A DNA stretch of 64,000 bases from Nymphaea colorata (lineage: Eukaryota). The notes under the pieces were generated by a model that did not search any database, was not told the origin of the DNA, and worked only from the letters and a program-made list of their open reading frames with translations. Positions 60,381 through 64,000 of this stretch are shown here, piece after piece. The position numbers were made by a program, and so were the translations under genes. The DNA is taken from positions 39,866,001 through 39,930,000 of the forward strand of contig NC_045138.2 in NCBI RefSeq assembly GCF_008831285.2, read 5' to 3'. Position 1 is the first letter of the stretch; each line of letters starts with the position of its first letter.

Positions 60381-63089
60381 CTGGTGTTTCGTAACCCCTT
60401 GTATATGAATGGCTAGATAACTGTTCTTCTCTTAATGTGGAAATACAATTCTCTAGTTTATTTACCAAGTGAAAGTAAGCATCATCTCCCTTACGGCTCT
60501 TGTGGCCAGATCATTGTTGTGTATGAACAGGCTGGCTTTTTCATGATGGAATGTGTTGGCACCGTTCTTGCTTGCTATTACGGCCACCGTATTGGGAAGT
60601 GCTATAGCGGCACAGCGTCTCTGAGGATGTTTTGTTTTTGTGCTTGTTAGGGACTAGGGAGAGTCTGAGGAACTGTCGCTGCTGGGTGATCAACCGTCAT
60701 GTTCCTGTTCTAGTTGGTCTGTCGTAAGCCTCATTATGAGATTGCATCTCCCACGGTTCCGATTTTTGTTAGTTTGTGCAACTCAAACAAATCGGCCTCA
60801 GCCAGACTCCGATCCTAAATTGTTGTTCGATTCATGCCTCTTCATGACGTGCGGCGCTTTACGATAGAGAAATCCGTGCATCTCATGTCCATGGTTTAGG
60901 AGACTTCCTTTCTGTGTTACTTGCATTTTTCAGGTTTTCCACTCAACTAGTTGTGCATCTGTTGGAATGACCATACTGGATGATCCTTGTCCCGCCATTA
61001 TAAAAGGTTCACTTTGTCGTTTCAAATTCAACACGTGATTTTCCATTTTTTGCGGTCAAACATGGACATGGAATTGTGAATCCCAATTTCCAATGGAGAT
61101 GGAGGTTTCATCAACTAAGACGTAAAATTGAAGGACAAAATCACAAAACTGGTTTTTGGATTGAATAAGTATAAGAATTATGTAGAATGATTGTAAACTG
61201 TTTGATGATTAATTGTTTATAAAGTATCATGCAAAATTTATTTTGAGTGAGAGGATATCCCACCCTTGAGTGAAGGCTAAGTTTTTTCTTTTTTCCCATT
61301 CTCTTTAGGGTTTATGACTGTTTTCGTTGTTTTGATGTTTTCCCTACAACAAAAAGAGTTGATGATATGAGAGTTTAAAATGAAGTTATCATTTAATTAT
61401 ATTATATATATGTATATATATAATGTTGCTATGTTTAAAGGACCATAAATTATTGCTAAATCCAACATAAGCCATGGTGACATTGTAGATTGTCTCCAAC
61501 GCCATTTAGTGAACTTTTTTAGCAATAATTTTTTTTTTTTAAATTTTAACCATTCGGTGTTTGGCAAGATTTAATCATTCGTATGTGTGTGTCAATATAT
61601 ATATCGGTGATTGAATTTGAAGAACAAAATAACGAATGTCACTTTATTTTTAAAACAAGTTTCTAAAAAGCTCTTCATTTTTTAAAGCATGCAAACGTTA
61701 TGCTATTGAAAATCATAAAGTAATACATGAATTTTCATGAGCCAAGGGAAATTTATTAAAAAAAAAGAAAAAGAAATTTGGGCTGGTTAGGCATAAACGG
61801 TTAATGGGTTCAAGATCGAATCCGGCTGTTAGCGGGGGTGATCCGAGCTGTCAAGCTTTTGGGTCGACACGGACTGGGGGCTCGACACTGAACTGGCGTT
61901 TGAGTCGGGTTTAAGAGACTCGGAAGGCGCTCTTCGAAAATACCTCATTGGAGAAGGTCGGCCCATTTCCGTCGTCCGTTTTCCCTCGCTACTCCGTTGC
62001 CTCTCCCATTGCTCCCCCCTCCTTCCGCGGGCAACGGCCGTCCTCCTGCTGCACACAGCACGCTGCTTCCGGTGGAGCATCTCCTGTGATCGGCGCTGTT
62101 CTACGTCATCCTGCTGAAAGGTACTCTCTCTCTCTGCTGCTGGAAAACGGGAGCCCCCTTTTCCGATGTGAACCTCTGGCTGCAGATCTACTCTCTCCCC
62201 CTCTCTCTGCTGTGGAGATCGGAGCCTTTTTTTTCCAATGTGAATCTCTGGCAGCAGATCTCTCTCTCTCTCTCTCTCTTTCTCTGTATCTATCTATTTA
62301 TCTACCTATCTGTGCTGCCTGTGAAAGGGTAAGATCCCTCTTTCCCACTACAGATCTGAATCCCTCTTTACGGAAACAGATCTAGATCTCTTTGCAATTG
62401 CAGTACTTAAACGTTCACGGCAGCTTCCATATGTCTGCCCTTACTTTTAATTTATGGCAGTTCGGTCTCAAAACTGATTTCTGTGTAAGAAAGATGAAAC
62501 TGCTAGAAGAGGTGTTTGGTTGTTCGGGGCTAGTAGCTATTGGCGCATTCTCCGTTTGTTTATCTGGTGGAAAGCGTTCTTTGGGTTTCGGATCTGTTGG
62601 AATGTGATTTTTTCCCATCCATGACTGAATTTCAGATACTTCTCTAGTTATTTCATTTGGAAGCCTTTGTCTTTTGTGGGATTCAACCTTCTATGAATCT
62701 TGGTTAACCTTTGATTCATCTTAGCAATCTTTTCTCCGTTGAAGGGGACATGTTGCATCCTTTGTCACAATAAGGCAGTTAATATCTTTCCATAAGGCTC
62801 TACCTTCTGCAAAAGTTTAAACCTTAGGACAGGACTTCTTTCAGGGAAGCCCATAAGGTTGTTAATGGTGATGAAAATTTCATCTCTTGATGCTAAAGAA
62901 ATCAATGCTCTGTTACTGATCCAGTCATTGATTGTCGACTGGCCAAGATATTGTTTTAAGAGCTTATGACCCATCTCTTGACTTTTTGCTTATTATCTAT
63001 ATATTTCTTTCTCCAGGTTCACAAGCTACAGCTCTTGATTCGGAGCATCTCATACATATTACAGCCTTTTCCTATTGCAACGCTTCACA

Positions 63090-63799
63090 ATGGTTTCTTC
63101 CTTGTTTCCTTTGTGCAATTTCCATTGTTTTTATCTGCTACATTCTTTATTTACATGATTAGTGGAAGTTTAGACCATCTCAGTGGTCGTGTACAATTTT
63201 CTCTGATTGATCTGGCTTCCATGTCAATCTACTGTAGAGTTTCTAATAATATGAACCCATTTCTTGACAGGTGGTTCTTGCAGCTTCTATTATCAACAAG
63301 TCTGGTAAAGGTGAGCTGCATTTCTATGAACTACATTAGTACATCGAGGTTCTGCAAGAAAGACTCGTTTGTACATTTAAAACCTCCTCATATGCACAAA
63401 AATGTTTGCAAAAATTGTTACTGGGGTTGCATAAAATATGTAAAATTTTGTTTTCTGCACCTCCTATGAATATTTACATCTTTCATACATGGTATCCATT
63501 TTGAGTTTCCTCTTTCTCCTTTACTTTTCTCACATTTCATTCAGATCACTTATATATGGTTATGTCTATTTTCAGCATTAGTTTCAAGGCAGTTTGTGGA
63601 AATGTCACGCATCAGGATAGAGGGACTGCTAGCTGCATTTCCTAAGTTAGTTGGTATAGGAAAACAACACACTTATGTTGAAACGGAAAATGTGCGCTAC
63701 GTGTACCAACCAATGGAAACTTTGTATCTGCTTCTTGTCACAAACAAACAGAGCAATATACTTGAGGATCTGGAGACATTGAGGCTCCTGTCCAAGCTG
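63090..63799 (+). CDS. Coatomer subunit delta (delta-COP), 5' part; continues beyond the window
   Basis: ATG at 63090-63092 ends a UTR exon (63017-63092). Exons 63271-63310 ([13 protein letters not shown]) and 63576-63799 ([60 protein letters not shown]). Upstream UTR donor at 62329. Confidence 0.93.
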
Positions 63800-64000
63800 G
63801 TATTCAACTAAACCTTTTGCAGCCATTTCATATTTTAGTTGATTTTGTTTGGGTCTATGGAATCTACTTTTGATGAAGTGGAAGGTGTTTATCTTCATTA
63901 GTGAACTTGTTTTGATATGTTTTATTGCTCCTTGTAGCTACTCCCTGTTGTAAAGGCAGAATTCAGTTAATATTTTAACCACACTATAGTAATTCTGAAT

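Overview
Flowering-plant nuclear DNA: GT-AG introns, microsatellites and plant transposon debris; the species cannot be fixed from the sequence. Gene order: a tandem TBL O-acetyltransferase array (3' exon of copy 1, intact 5-exon copy 2, CACTA-disrupted pseudogene copy 3); an IPGA1/CHUP1-like gene; Ty1/copia remnants; two intronless 556-codon ferric-reductase/NOX-fold membrane reductase genes in a ~5.2/5.8 kb direct duplication with an inverted pseudogene between them; a phospholipase A1-II gene divergent from an SBP65-like LEA gene; DCP2, with a PORR pseudogene nested in intron 1 and a U12-like intron 2; and the 5' end of delta-COP. The best candidate for undescribed biology is the stand-alone flavocytochrome. 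It appears to keep only one heme-ligand pair, and its two copies show a reciprocal ATG/GTG start-codon swap. Exon coordinates were read by eye. Family and ortholog names come from recalled motifs, not database searches.
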